64,000 nt of DNA from positions 79-64,078 of the forward strand of contig JACZWC010000018.1 in assembly GCA_022572355.1 (NCBI GenBank), written 5' to 3'. The DNA comes from Bacteroidota bacterium. GTDB taxonomy: Bacteria; Bacteroidota; Bacteroidia; NORP154. A program made the position numbers and the translations under genes. Positions 7,962 to 17,791 of this stretch are shown one piece after another; position 1 is the first letter of the stretch, and every line of letters starts with the position of its first letter. The notes under the pieces are model-generated. The model searched no databases and was not told where the DNA came from. It saw nothing but the letters and a program-made list of their open reading frames with translations.

Positions 7962-10658
7962 ATGAGAATAACTGATACATTCTACAAAGTTGGTCTTGGG
8001 CTGTTGGTATTTATACTAACCTCTTGCTCTACATCCAAGAGAGCCTCAGAAGCATCCAAAGCTTCAATGGATTTGGATCCTGTGGAAGTAAGGCCTAATG
8101 TCTACGCTACATACAACGCCGCAGAGACGAGAAAAATCGATTTAATACATACAAAACTCAAGGTAAGGTTCGATATGGAAAAAGCACATTTGTTGGGCCG
8201 TGCTACACTTACCTTCAAACCTTATTTCTACCCCATTTCCTCCGTTGATTTTGATGCAAAGGGCTTTGACATACACGAGGTGGCATTGGAAACAGAACAG
8301 GGGAAAGAAGAACTGCAATATTCCTACAATGACGATATCCTTACAATTCAATTAGACAGGCAGTACACAAAAGAAGAGAGCATCAACGTATTTATCGACT
8401 ATACTGCCAAACCTAACGATCTCGATGTAGAGGGCAGCAGTGCAATCTCAGATGCCAAGGGACTTTATTTTATCAATCCTGACGGCAAAGAAGATGATAA
8501 ACCTACTCAGATATGGACACAAGGCGAAACAGAATCCAGCTCTTGCTGGTTTCCAACGGTAGATGCGCCTAATGAGCGGATGACACAGGAATTGTACATC
8601 ACGGTTGACAACAAATACACAACTCTTTCAAATGGTACGTTGCAGTATTCAACGCTTAATGGGGACAACACCAGAACTGATTACTGGAAGCAAGAGTTGC
8701 CCCATGCACCTTACCTCACCATGATGGCCATCGGAGAATATGCGATAGTGAAAGATCAATGGCGTGATATAGAAGTAAACTATTATGTAGAACCGGAGTA
8801 TGAAAAATATGCAAAAATGATCTTTGGCAATACTCCGGAAATGCTGCAATTTTTTTCAGATAGACTTGGTGTCGACTATCCCTGGGATAAGTATTCACAG
8901 ATAGTGGTAAGGGATTATGTATCAGGAGCCATGGAAAATACCACTGCAGTGATTCACGGCGAGTTTCTGCAAAGAGACGACCGGGAGCTGCTGGACGACA
9001 CGTATGAGGATGTGATCGCTCACGAATTATTCCACCATTGGTTTGGTGATCTGGTAACTTGTGAGTCGTGGGCTAATATACCTCTCAATGAGTCTTTCGC
9101 CACATATGGAGAGTATTTATGGAATGAATACAAGTATGGCCGGGAAGAAGCGGACTATTACCTTCAAAAAGATTTAGATCAATACCTCTGGTCTGCAACA
9201 AAAAAGAAAGTTAATCTTATCAGGTATAATTACGATAACAAAGAGGACATGTTTGACAGCCATTCTTATGCAAAGGGTGGCAGGGTTTTACACATGCTGA
9301 GAAAGCATGTCGGTGATGAGGCCTTTTTTGAATCGCTGCGTGTATACCTTGAAGAAAATAAATTTAAATCTGTAGAAATTCATCATCTCCGGCTGGCATT
9401 CGAAAAGGTAACAGGTGAAGACATGAACTGGTTCTTCAATCAATGGTTCCTGAGTTCTGGACATCCATCTTTATTCATTACCTACGATTATATCGATTCA
9501 ATCAAAACGCAGACATTGACTGTTACTCAAGCGCATGTAATAAATACAACGCCACTATATCGTCTGCCTGTAGAAGTGGATATTTACGTGAATGGAAAAG
9601 TAAAAAGAGAAAAAATCATCATAGATTCCCTGAGGCAAACGTTCAAATTTAAGGTGGAAGAAAAGCCCGAACTGGTAAATTTCGATGCAGAAAAGATGCT
9701 GTTGTGCACAAAGAAAGATTATAAATCGAAGGAAGCCTGGATCTTTCAATATAAAAATGCACCGCTATATTTGGATAGGTTTGAAGCCCTGGATCAATTG
9801 AAGAAATTTCGGGATGATGGAGACTTGATAACCATATTCGCCGATGCGTTGAAAGATGAATATTGGTATCTCCGGATCAAGGCAATAAAGAACGTCAAGC
9901 ATCTGTTAACAGACCCAAACTACAATATAAAGGACCAATTGATGAACCTTGCACAAAATGACGTTAAGTCAGATGTAAGGGCCACAGCCATCTTGTTACT
10001 TTCTAATTACTACGATCCTGATTCCCTGGGCAAAGAAGATTCACAATTAGAGTCACTTTATCAAAGTGCCTTATCGGACAAATCTTATATGGTGATAGGA
10101 GAAGCAGTGCTTGCACTGGCAAAACAGAACCATGTGGCCATATTCGAAGAAATCAACTCTTTTGACGAAAAAACCACCGAAAAACTGCTCATTGATATAG
10201 CAGAAGTTTTTGCTTCCTACGGATCAGATGAACAGAATTCCTTCTTCATTGATACGTATGAAAAACTTGATGAATATGACAAGTATAGCTTGCTCGACAT
10301 CTATAGCGATTACCTTGTCAAGCAAAGTGACAGTACCATCAATGACGGGCTTGAACTGTACAAGGATGCAGCTATCAACCAGGAGGAATGGTGGGCAAGA
10401 CTTACAACACTTTATAGAATTGAAAAAATACTGGGGTTATATGAAGATCGTGAAAGGGAAATCCTGTATGAAATAAAGATCAATAAGAAGAATGACGCTG
10501 CGCTGAAGGAACTTGAACCAAAACTTCAGGGCGTTAAATCTCAGAAGGAGAAAATAAACACGATGCTATCTGATATCAAAAAGCAGGAAAAAGACGAGAA
10601 GGTGATGGTGTTTTGGGATGGCTTGACAAAAAGTGTACAGGTGACAATAGAACGCTGA
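7962..10658 (+). CDS. pepN: M1 family zinc aminopeptidase (aminopeptidase N-like) lipoprotein with C-terminal HEAT/ERAP-like region
   Basis: GAMEN exopeptidase motif (SGAMENTT), HELFHHWFGD...E zinc site, and N-terminal LTSCSTS lipobox. Confidence 0.9.
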   Translation: MRITDTFYKVGLGLLVFILTSCSTSKRASEASKASMDLDPVEVRPNVYATYNAAETRKIDLIHTKLKVRFDMEKAHLLGRATLTFKPYFYPISSVDFDAKGFDIHEVALETEQGKEELQYSYNDDILTIQLDRQYTKEESINVFIDYTAKPNDLDVEGSSAISDAKGLYFINPDGKEDDKPTQIWTQGETESSSCWFPTVDAPNERMTQELYITVDNKYTTLSNGTLQYSTLNGDNTRTDYWKQELPHAPYLTMMAIGEYAIVKDQWRDIEVNYYVEPEYEKYAKMIFGNTPEMLQFFSDRLGVDYPWDKYSQIVVRDYVSGAMENTTAVIHGEFLQRDDRELLDDTYEDVIAHELFHHWFGDLVTCESWANIPLNESFATYGEYLWNEYKYGREEADYYLQKDLDQYLWSATKKKVNLIRYNYDNKEDMFDSHSYAKGGRVLHMLRKHVGDEAFFESLRVYLEENKFKSVEIHHLRLAFEKVTGEDMNWFFNQWFLSSGHPSLFITYDYIDSIKTQTLTVTQAHVINTTPLYRLPVEVDIYVNGKVKREKIIIDSLRQTFKFKVEEKPELVNFDAEKMLLCTKKDYKSKEAWIFQYKNAPLYLDRFEALDQLKKFRDDGDLITIFADALKDEYWYLRIKAIKNVKHLLTDPNYNIKDQLMNLAQNDVKSDVRATAILLLSNYYDPDSLGKEDSQLESLYQSALSDKSYMVIGEAVLALAKQNHVAIFEEINSFDEKTTEKLLIDIAEVFASYGSDEQNSFFIDTYEKLDEYDKYSLLDIYSDYLVKQSDSTINDGLELYKDAAINQEEWWARLTTLYRIEKILGLYEDREREILYEIKINKKNDAALKELEPKLQGVKSQKEKINTMLSDIKKQEKDEKVMVFWDGLTKSVQVTIER

Positions 10659-10690
10659 TATCCTGGTATAGCGTAACACAACAGGCCTCT

Positions 10691-11167
10691 CTATCCTTTG
10701 GCTTCCTTTTCATAGCCTTCATCCACCAGCAAATCCCTGCTGTTCGCAGCATCCACAGCCAATTCATCGCACACCTCATTCTCCTTGTTTCCTGCATGTC
10801 CTTTTACCCAAGTGAATGACACTTTGTGCTTTGGATAGATAATAAGAAACCGTTTCCATAAATCCACGTTTTTCTTCTTTTTGAAGTTCTTTTTCTCCCA
10901 GCCGAATAACCATCCTTTTTCTACTGCATCCACCACATATTTGGAATCTGAATAAATGTTCACTTCTGTTCCTGGATTTTTCAGGGTTTCAAGTCCAACA
11001 ATTACGCTCAAAAGCTCCATCCTATTGTTTGTGGTAAGCCTGTAGCCTTGCGATAATTCCCTGCGATGACTTTTCGAAATCATCACGATTCCATATCCCC
11101 CTTTTCCTGGGTTTCCAAGGGCGGAGCCATCTGTATAAATAATGACCTGTGTAGTTTTATTGCTCAG
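10691..11167 (-). CDS. rnhA: Ribonuclease HI. The 5' end is set at a CTG because no ATG/GTG/TTG precedes the catalytic N-terminus.
   Basis: NNRMELLSVIVGLE, IYSDSKYV and VKGHAGNKENEVCDELA motifs. The open frame continues upstream of the ORF-track start (GTG at 11084-11086) and encodes QVIIYTDGSALGNPGKGGYGIV, back to a TAG at 11183-11185. Confidence 0.75.
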   Translation of the reverse strand: MSNKTTQVIIYTDGSALGNPGKGGYGIVMISKSHRRELSQGYRLTTNNRMELLSVIVGLETLKNPGTEVNIYSDSKYVVDAVEKGWLFGWEKKNFKKKKNVDLWKRFLIIYPKHKVSFTWVKGHAGNKENEVCDELAVDAANSRDLLVDEGYEKEAKG

Positions 11168-11202
11168 AACAGTGAGTTTAAACTAATGTAATATCAAGTT
11201 CA

Positions 11203-11275
11203 ACGATGACGATAACAATGACAATGACGATATTAAGCTTGCGCATTTTGTCATAGTCATGGTAATGGTCATTGT
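11203..11275. repeat. Long imperfect inverted repeat (27-nt arms, about 21/27 complementary) built from ATGAC-containing 9-mers, downstream of atpG
   Basis: Left arm ACGATGACGATAACAATGACAATGACG at 11203-11229, right arm TGTCATAGTCATGGTAATGGTCATTGT at 11249-11275, loop about 19 nt. Could act as the operon terminator hairpin. Confidence 0.6.
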
Positions 11276-11346
11276 ACAAAATCTACGATTATACGTAATA
11301 TTATACTTTACTCAACCCTGGATAAGAACTTAAATGTAAAAGGAAT

Positions 11347-12228
11347 CTATCCTTTCAGGGCTTCGGCACCACCAACAATTTCTATGATCTCATTGGTAAT
11401 CGCTGCTTGTCGTGCTTTGTTGTACTTTATCTTGAGATCACGAATCATTTCCGTACAGTTGTCAGTGGCTTTGTGCATCGCAGTCATTCTGGCACCGTGT
11501 TCGGCAGCATAGGATTCTAAGATTGCCCTGTACAGCTGAATCTTTAAAGACCTGGGAATCAATTCCTCAACAATTTCTTCTTTTGTTGGTTCAAATATGT
11601 AATCCGTAGATAATTTACTTTCCCCATCTGTATCTGGTGGAAGTACCGGGAGAAATTGCTCTGAAGTTAATATCTGTACCGAGGCATTTTTAAATCTGTT
11701 GTACACCAGAATAACTTTTTCAAAATCCCCTTCCAGGTAGTTATCCATAATATTTGAAGCAACGCTGGCAACACTTTCATAATTGAGGTTGTCATACAAC
11801 ATATGGAGGCGCCTTGGCAAATTAGAGCCAAAAATGTGTAAATCTGACTTTCTGAAAAAATCATCTGCCTTTTTTCCAATTGAGATCACACTCACTTTAT
11901 AGTCCTTGTATGTCTCCCTGGCCTCCTTTGTCACTTTCTTGACAACGTTCGCATTAAAGGGCCCACACAACCCTCGGTTAGAAGTAATCGCAATGATTAA
12001 AACATTTTTGATGTCACGTTGGGTAGAGAAGATGGCCTGAGATGGATCGGCTACAGAACACAAATCTCTGAGTATATGCTGAAGTTTATCTGCATAAGGC
12101 CTCAAGGAAATAACGGCACTTTGCGCCTTCCTCAGCTTAGCCGCGGACACCATTTTCATGGCATTTGTGATCTGCTGTGTTGAAGAAACAGAAGTTATTC
12201 TATTGCGTACTTCCTTTAGATTAGCCAT
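11347..12228 (-). CDS. atpG: F1 ATP synthase gamma subunit
   Basis: MANLKEVRNRITSVSSTQQITNAMKMVSAAKLRKAQ N-terminus and C-terminal ITNEIIEIVGGAEAL. Confidence 0.95.
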   Translation of the reverse strand: MANLKEVRNRITSVSSTQQITNAMKMVSAAKLRKAQSAVISLRPYADKLQHILRDLCSVADPSQAIFSTQRDIKNVLIIAITSNRGLCGPFNANVVKKVTKEARETYKDYKVSVISIGKKADDFFRKSDLHIFGSNLPRRLHMLYDNLNYESVASVASNIMDNYLEGDFEKVILVYNRFKNASVQILTSEQFLPVLPPDTDGESKLSTDYIFEPTKEEIVEELIPRSLKIQLYRAILESYAAEHGARMTAMHKATDNCTEMIRDLKIKYNKARQAAITNEIIEIVGGAEALKG

Positions 12229-12229
12229 T

Positions 12230-13897
12230 TTATTTCTCTGATGCCTCTTCTGTTGCTTCTTTTGTTTCTACTTCTTCAGTACTCTCTGTTCCTTCGTCCT
12301 CCTTATCTGACTTTGCAGCGGATCTGTATTTCCCGGTCATATCTTTGGCAACTTTTTCAAGGGTGTTGATGACGTCATCATCAATTTTGCCCTCTTTCAA
12401 TGATTTGAGAACATCCTTGTGGTTTGCGTTCATCGTCTCGAGGAAGTTCAATTCAAATTCTCTAATCTCTTTCACCGGTACATCTAACAACAACCCGTTT
12501 GTTCCGAGGTATATAATTGCCTGTTGCATTTCAACGGTCATGGGTTGATACTGGCCCTGCTTCAGGATTTCCACATTTCTCTTGCCCTTGTCAATAACAG
12601 CCTGAGTGGCTGCATCGAGGTCAGAACCAAATTTTGCAAATGCTTCCAGCTCCCTGTACTGTGCCTGATCTAATTTGAGCGTTCCTGCAATTTTCTTCAT
12701 AGACTTTATCTGTGCATTCCCCCCGACCCTTGAAACCGATATTCCAACATTGATCGCTGGCCTAACACCAGAGTTAAACAAATTAGATTCAAGGAATATT
12801 TGTCCGTCAGTAATTGAAATTACATTGGTAGGAATGTAGGCCGAAACGTCTCCCTCCTGTGTTTCAATGATAGGAAGTGCAGTTAATGAGCCACCGCCCT
12901 TTACTTTGCCCTTCAAACATGGAGGAAGGTCATTCATATTTTTCGCTACATCATCCGAGTTGATAATCTTAGCTGCTCTTTCCAGCAACCGCGAATGCAA
13001 ATAGAACACATCCCCAGGATAAGCCTCTCTGCCCGGAGGCCTTCTCAGTAACAGCGATACCTCCCTGTATGATACCGCTTGCTTGGAAAGATCATCAAAT
13101 ATTATGAGTGCTGCTCTACCTGTATCTCTAAAGTATTCACCAATAGCTGCACCGGCAAATGGAGCGTAAAATTGCATGGGTGATGGATCGGAAGCGGTTG
13201 CAGATACAATCACTGTATACTCCATGGCTCCGTGCTCCTCTAGAATTTTCGCAACATTGGCTACTGTTGTTCCTTTCTGGCCAATTGCTACATAGATACA
13301 AAATACAGTTTCACCAGCTTTATGAAATTCTTTCTGATTAATAATGGTATCAATCGCGATTGCTGTCTTCCCGGTTTGCCTGTCACCGATGATGAGCTCT
13401 CGCTGTCCCCTGCCAATAGGTATCATAGCGTCTATAGACTTGATTCCCGTTTGCAATGGCTCATTTACCGGTTGGCGAAAAATTACACCTGGTGCCTTTC
13501 GTTCAAGCGGCATTTCATATTTTTCACCACCTATAGGCCCCTTTCCATCAATAGGTTCACCGAGGGTATTTATAACCCTACCCATCATCTCTTCCGAAAC
13601 CTGTATGGAAGCAATCTTACCCGTTCGTTTAACCACATCACCTTCCTTGATCTCTTTTGAATTGCCAAGGAGAACCGCGCCTACGTTATCCTCTTCCAGG
13701 TTCAGGACAATTCCCTTTAACCCATTTTCAAATTCTATCAATTCGCCCGATTGAACCTCTGAGAGGCCATAGATTCGTGCAATTCCGTCTCCGACCTGAA
13801 GTACGGTTCCGATTTCTTCCAGATCTTCCTCTGACTTAAATCCCGCCAATTGTTCCCTTAATATTGCCGAAACTTCTGCTGGTTTTATTTGTGCCAT
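12230..13897 (-). CDS. atpA: F1 ATP synthase alpha subunit with about 30-aa acidic C-terminal extension
   Basis: GDRQTGKT Walker A and typical alpha-subunit sequence throughout. The tail is [30 protein letters not shown]. Confidence 0.95.
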   Translation of the reverse strand: MAQIKPAEVSAILREQLAGFKSEEDLEEIGTVLQVGDGIARIYGLSEVQSGELIEFENGLKGIVLNLEEDNVGAVLLGNSKEIKEGDVVKRTGKIASIQVSEEMMGRVINTLGEPIDGKGPIGGEKYEMPLERKAPGVIFRQPVNEPLQTGIKSIDAMIPIGRGQRELIIGDRQTGKTAIAIDTIINQKEFHKAGETVFCIYVAIGQKGTTVANVAKILEEHGAMEYTVIVSATASDPSPMQFYAPFAGAAIGEYFRDTGRAALIIFDDLSKQAVSYREVSLLLRRPPGREAYPGDVFYLHSRLLERAAKIINSDDVAKNMNDLPPCLKGKVKGGGSLTALPIIETQEGDVSAYIPTNVISITDGQIFLESNLFNSGVRPAINVGISVSRVGGNAQIKSMKKIAGTLKLDQAQYRELEAFAKFGSDLDAATQAVIDKGKRNVEILKQGQYQPMTVEMQQAIIYLGTNGLLLDVPVKEIREFELNFLETMNANHKDVLKSLKEGKIDDDVINTLEKVAKDMTGKYRSAAKSDKEDEGTESTEEVETKEATEEASEK

Positions 13898-13940
13898 AAT
13901 CTAATGTATTGGTTTGTTTCTTATCTACTAATATTCGTTT

Positions 13941-14408
13941 TCAAATAATCTTATTTCTCCTTAAATGCTGGCTTCTGGCTGCTGGCTGCTGGCTGCTGGC
14001 TGCTGGCTGCTGGCTGTTTACTTTAGTTATATTGTTTTTTGTATTTAGATCTCGTTGTATAACCTTCATGAATATGTTTATTTTTTTACCTAATAAATTC
14101 AAACGCTCATGCAAATTATGATACAAGTCTTTATTTGTTAATGATCCAGTTTCATGCAATGTCTCCAAATGATCAATTGTTTCATCATTAGACGAAATTG
14201 AGAATGTTAGAAAGCGCAAGTATTCTTGCTGGTATCTCTTACGCCCATAACCCTCCACTATATTCGATTTAACGGACTTGCTAGATCGTCTTATTTGGCT
14301 TGATCCTTCATATTTTTCAATTTTCGGCAGCTCAGTTAATGTCATTTTATGAATATCTATGGCTAAGTCGCGCGATAATTGCCAAATTTCTAAATTCTTA
14401 TAATTCAT
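13941..14408 (-). CDS. Four-helix-bundle protein of the 23S rRNA intervening-sequence (S23 ribosomal / Avd-like) family, inserted between atpH and atpA
   Basis: N-terminus MNYKNLEIWQLSRDLAIDIHKMT..., then SQIRRSSKSVKSNIVEGYGR and FLTFSISSNDETIDHLE, all typical of this family. The last ~30 aa read through the heptamer repeat (SQQPAASSQQPAARSQ). Confidence 0.8.
   Translation of the reverse strand: MNYKNLEIWQLSRDLAIDIHKMTLTELPKIEKYEGSSQIRRSSKSVKSNIVEGYGRKRYQQEYLRFLTFSISSNDETIDHLETLHETGSLTNKDLYHNLHERLNLLGKKINIFMKVIQRDLNTKNNITKVNSQQPAASSQQPAARSQHLRRNKII
13967..14015. repeat. Seven tandem copies of the heptamer GCTGGCT (second copy TCTGGCT)
   Basis: Read directly at 13967-14015. The period of 7 is not codon-phased. 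It sits at the 3' boundary of the four-helix-bundle gene insert. Confidence 0.95.
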
Positions 14409-14465
14409 AGTCCCTATCTACCCTGGATAAGCTAACAGTCAGAGGCCAGTAGCTTGTCTTTTATA

Positions 14466-15020
14466 TCAATTATTAGTATAGTGCCGTTCCTTAAATGTTT
14501 TTCTCAAGTCATTCAGTTTTCGTTGAATGCTCGCGTCGTATTGTTTGTCGCCTATTCTGATGATCAAGCCTCCGATAAGACTTTCATTTTCCTTTTTAAT
14601 CAGTTCCACCTCTGATTTAAAACTGTCCTTCACAACCTTCAATACCTGTTCGCGCAATTCATCGTCCAAACCAATCGCAGAAGTTACCACGGCGGTGATA
14701 ATCTTCTTTTCTCTCTTGTACTGTCGTTGAAACTCCTCTACAATAGCTGGCAAGTATCCTTCTCTCCCTTTTTCAATGATAATACTTATAAAGTTTTGGG
14801 AAACTCTGCTGACGTGGCTTGAAAATATTTTGTCCAGTATATCGATCTTCTTATCTGATTTAACAATAGGACTTTTTAATAAGAGCACAAGATCTTTACT
14901 CTCCCGGCAAGTGTCCGCAATCAACTTCATATCCGCGTATGCCTGGTCCAGCTCGCCTTTTTCTTTCACCAAATTCAGCAATGCTTTGGCGTATCTCGAT
15001 GCGATTTTTATACTTTTCAC
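14466..15020 (-). CDS. atpH: F1 ATP synthase delta (OSCP) subunit
   Basis: 184 aa, IASRYAKALLNLV N-terminus, position between atpF and atpA. Confidence 0.9.
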   Translation of the reverse strand: MKSIKIASRYAKALLNLVKEKGELDQAYADMKLIADTCRESKDLVLLLKSPIVKSDKKIDILDKIFSSHVSRVSQNFISIIIEKGREGYLPAIVEEFQRQYKREKKIITAVVTSAIGLDDELREQVLKVVKDSFKSEVELIKKENESLIGGLIIRIGDKQYDASIQRKLNDLRKTFKERHYTNN

Positions 15021-15023
15021 TTC

Positions 15024-15518
15024 TTAATTGAGCCTTACTTCTTCTAAAAGTGTGCTTATCAAAGCTTTTTGCTTGTTCTCTTCCTTTAATTCCGTTTTAA
15101 GGATTTTCTCAGCTATTTCAATAGAAAGCGTAGCGACCTGGCTTTTAAGCTCTTCGATAGCAGCCTTCTTCTCATTGTTGATCTCATCTCTTGCTTGTCG
15201 CAAGATTTTATCGGCTTCCTCTTTCGCCTTCACCTTCGCCTCCGAAACGATACTGTTTTTGGTATCTCTGGCCAATTTTAAAATTTCATCTCTCTCATTC
15301 TGCGTTTCCCTAACCAATTCTTCATTTTGAGTCTTTATAACTACCAAATCTTCCCGTGCCTTTCTCGCCTCTCCCAAAGAGATTTTAATAGTTGTCTCTC
15401 TTTCATTCAGCGCACTTAGAATTGGCTTCCACGCCAATTTTCTCAGTATCACCAGAACTATAGTAAATGACACCAGCATCCAAAACAGTAAGCCGATATC
15501 AGGAGTTATTAAATCCAT
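15024..15518 (-). CDS. atpF: F0 ATP synthase b subunit
   Basis: Single N-terminal TM helix followed by a long charged coiled coil. Position is consistent with the operon. Confidence 0.9.
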   Translation of the reverse strand: MDLITPDIGLLFWMLVSFTIVLVILRKLAWKPILSALNERETTIKISLGEARKAREDLVVIKTQNEELVRETQNERDEILKLARDTKNSIVSEAKVKAKEEADKILRQARDEINNEKKAAIEELKSQVATLSIEIAEKILKTELKEENKQKALISTLLEEVRLN

Positions 15519-15619
15519 GGTAAATAAGTTTAAAGTTTGCCGCTAATCGCGGTTCCGCCCCTGGCGGAATAATTTGCTTTATCAACACTTCCCTATATAC
15601 GCCGGGTAGTGTCGTTGGC

Positions 15620-15886
<267 letters not shown>

Positions 15887-15930
15887 TTATTTTTAAAAGG
15901 TTAAAAACTGATTTATCTAAATATTACTTA

Positions 15931-17025
15931 TTAATGTGCTTCCTGGGTGGCCAAGCCAAAATATATAGCCGATAATAAGGTGAAAACATACGCTTGTATG
16001 GCACCTACCAATAATTCCAAAAAATTCAGAAATACCGAAAATGCCACAGATGCCACAGAAACGCTATAGCCTCCGATCATTGATTTTTCACCAAAAATGA
16101 ATATCAAACAAATGAATACAAGTATTACAATATGTCCAGCCATGATGTTCGCGAAAAGCCTGACCACCAGAACTGCCGGCTTCACAAAGACTCCCATTAA
16201 CTCAATCACCAACAAAAGTGGCTTTACGGCTGTAGGAATACCCGGCATCCAAAAAATGTGCTGCCAATAGTTTCTGTTGCCTATCACAGTAGTTATCACA
16301 AAAGTGAATGATGCCATGACCAGGGGAATAGCTACATTTCCCGTGACGTTTGCACCTCCGGGAAAAATGGGAATAAGTCCCAACATATTGTTGATCCAGA
16401 TAAAGAAGAAAATCGTAAGCAAGTAGGGTAAATACCTCTCGTATTTGGGCCCGATCGCCATCTTGGCAATATCGTCCCTTACGAATATGATAATCGGCTC
16501 CATGAGTAATTGTAATCCTTTCGGAGCTTGTCCAACCCTTGTCTTATAGGATTTTGCAACCAATAAAAAGATCAACAAGATGATTATCACACTTTCAAAG
16601 AGCCCTACAACGTTCTTGGTAATTGAAAAATCCCAAAGCCTGGCCGTTGCCGCTTCGTCAATATTTCCACTTTTATCAACGGCTATTATCTTCTCATGGA
16701 CGAGGCGATAACCATCATAATCTGCATGCCCATGCTCAAAATTGCTCGACATAAATGTGGAGAATCCTCTATCCTCGCTGTAAATAATGATTGGTAGTGG
16801 CACGGATACCGGATGACCTCGCCAGGTGATAATGTGCCAATCATGAGCATCTTTAATGTGATGCATGATCAACTCTCCAGGATTGAACTTTTGGTCTTGA
16901 GCCTGCTCATGTTCGGGCTCACATTGGGCAACTGGGGCTTGAAAAAGAAATAAAAACAGAAGAAAAATTCCGGGGAGAAATCTTATAATTCGGGACACCT
17001 TGCCAGCCATTTTGTACACGGTCAA
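15931..17025 (-). CDS. atpB: F0 ATP synthase a subunit (long N-terminal extension)
   Basis: The conserved RLFANIMAGH arginine motif, polytopic topology, and operon position. Confidence 0.9.
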   Translation of the reverse strand: MTVYKMAGKVSRIIRFLPGIFLLFLFLFQAPVAQCEPEHEQAQDQKFNPGELIMHHIKDAHDWHIITWRGHPVSVPLPIIIYSEDRGFSTFMSSNFEHGHADYDGYRLVHEKIIAVDKSGNIDEAATARLWDFSITKNVVGLFESVIIILLIFLLVAKSYKTRVGQAPKGLQLLMEPIIIFVRDDIAKMAIGPKYERYLPYLLTIFFFIWINNMLGLIPIFPGGANVTGNVAIPLVMASFTFVITTVIGNRNYWQHIFWMPGIPTAVKPLLLVIELMGVFVKPAVLVVRLFANIMAGHIVILVFICLIFIFGEKSMIGGYSVSVASVAFSVFLNFLELLVGAIQAYVFTLLSAIYFGLATQEAH

Positions 17026-17111
17026 ATTTTCGGACGCAAAGGTATAGAATTAATCGTGTAATAGAAACATTTGTCAAACTAAATTTTTAGGTGTTTTAAC
17101 TCGGGAATGAT

Positions 17112-17534
17112 TCAATTCTGAGCACTGCCGTTTTGCTTGAGAAATTTCATGATTAGAATCACTTCAAAAATGGTATACAAGGCGTATAAAAGCACAAAAG
17201 TGACAGCAAAATTCGCATAACTTTCATTTTCATAAAGCAGGTATTTTTTAACGATTATGTAACCTGCAAGTCCGCCGATATAAACGAATAGTTTAAGCAT
17301 GGTTACCGCCATGAAGCGATTCACGAACTTTAGTGATTGATGTTTATTGTTGAGCGGCCCTAGAAGAGCAAGATGAGAAGCTGCTGTGACAAATACCACG
17401 AATGTCTGTAACATCAAAAAAGTAAAAGGATTGAGCGCATTGGGAAATTGAAGATAAAGAACGTAACCAATGACAGCTATTATCACTGAATAGATCAGTA
17501 GTTTGACCAGGAAGTTCAATACATTAGAATTCAT
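17112..17534 (-). CDS. Small four-TM membrane protein of the atp operon (AtpI-like position)
   Basis: 140 aa and hydrophobic, lying between the atpZ-like gene and atpB. No specific motif recognised. Confidence 0.55.
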   Translation of the reverse strand: MNSNVLNFLVKLLIYSVIIAVIGYVLYLQFPNALNPFTFLMLQTFVVFVTAASHLALLGPLNNKHQSLKFVNRFMAVTMLKLFVYIGGLAGYIIVKKYLLYENESYANFAVTFVLLYALYTIFEVILIMKFLKQNGSAQN

Positions 17535-17547
17535 GCAACTACATCAT

Positions 17548-17781
17548 TTACTTTTTCGTCACCTGGCGATAGGCATTAATCATTGACAAGATGATGGAAA
17601 TAAGCGCAAAAATCATTGTCAGGTATGGCTTTTCTAGGCCTAAATAGCTGCTGAGCTTCATTCCACCCCAAATTCCCAGAAAAATAATGCCGAACATTTG
17701 TATACCAACGCCCGAATATTTTACATATGCATTAACTTCTCTTTTCTTTCCGTCAAAATCGTCGCTTCCTGGAGTATCCAT
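17548..17781 (-). CDS. AtpZ/AtpI family small membrane protein
   Basis: YVKYSGVGIQMFGIIFLGIWGGMKL two-TM pattern. Start moved to the internal ATG (MDTPGSDDF) to avoid a 26-nt overlap with accC. Confidence 0.65.
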   Translation of the reverse strand: MDTPGSDDFDGKKREVNAYVKYSGVGIQMFGIIFLGIWGGMKLSSYLGLEKPYLTMIFALISIILSMINAYRQVTKK

Positions 17782-17791
17782 GAGAAGAAGC

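Noticed and set aside
13909-14121. 70-aa plus-strand ORF (…LLAAGCWLLAAGCWL…)
   Set aside because: It is an artefact of reading the (GCTGGCT)n heptamer repeat in frame, antisense to the four-helix-bundle gene.
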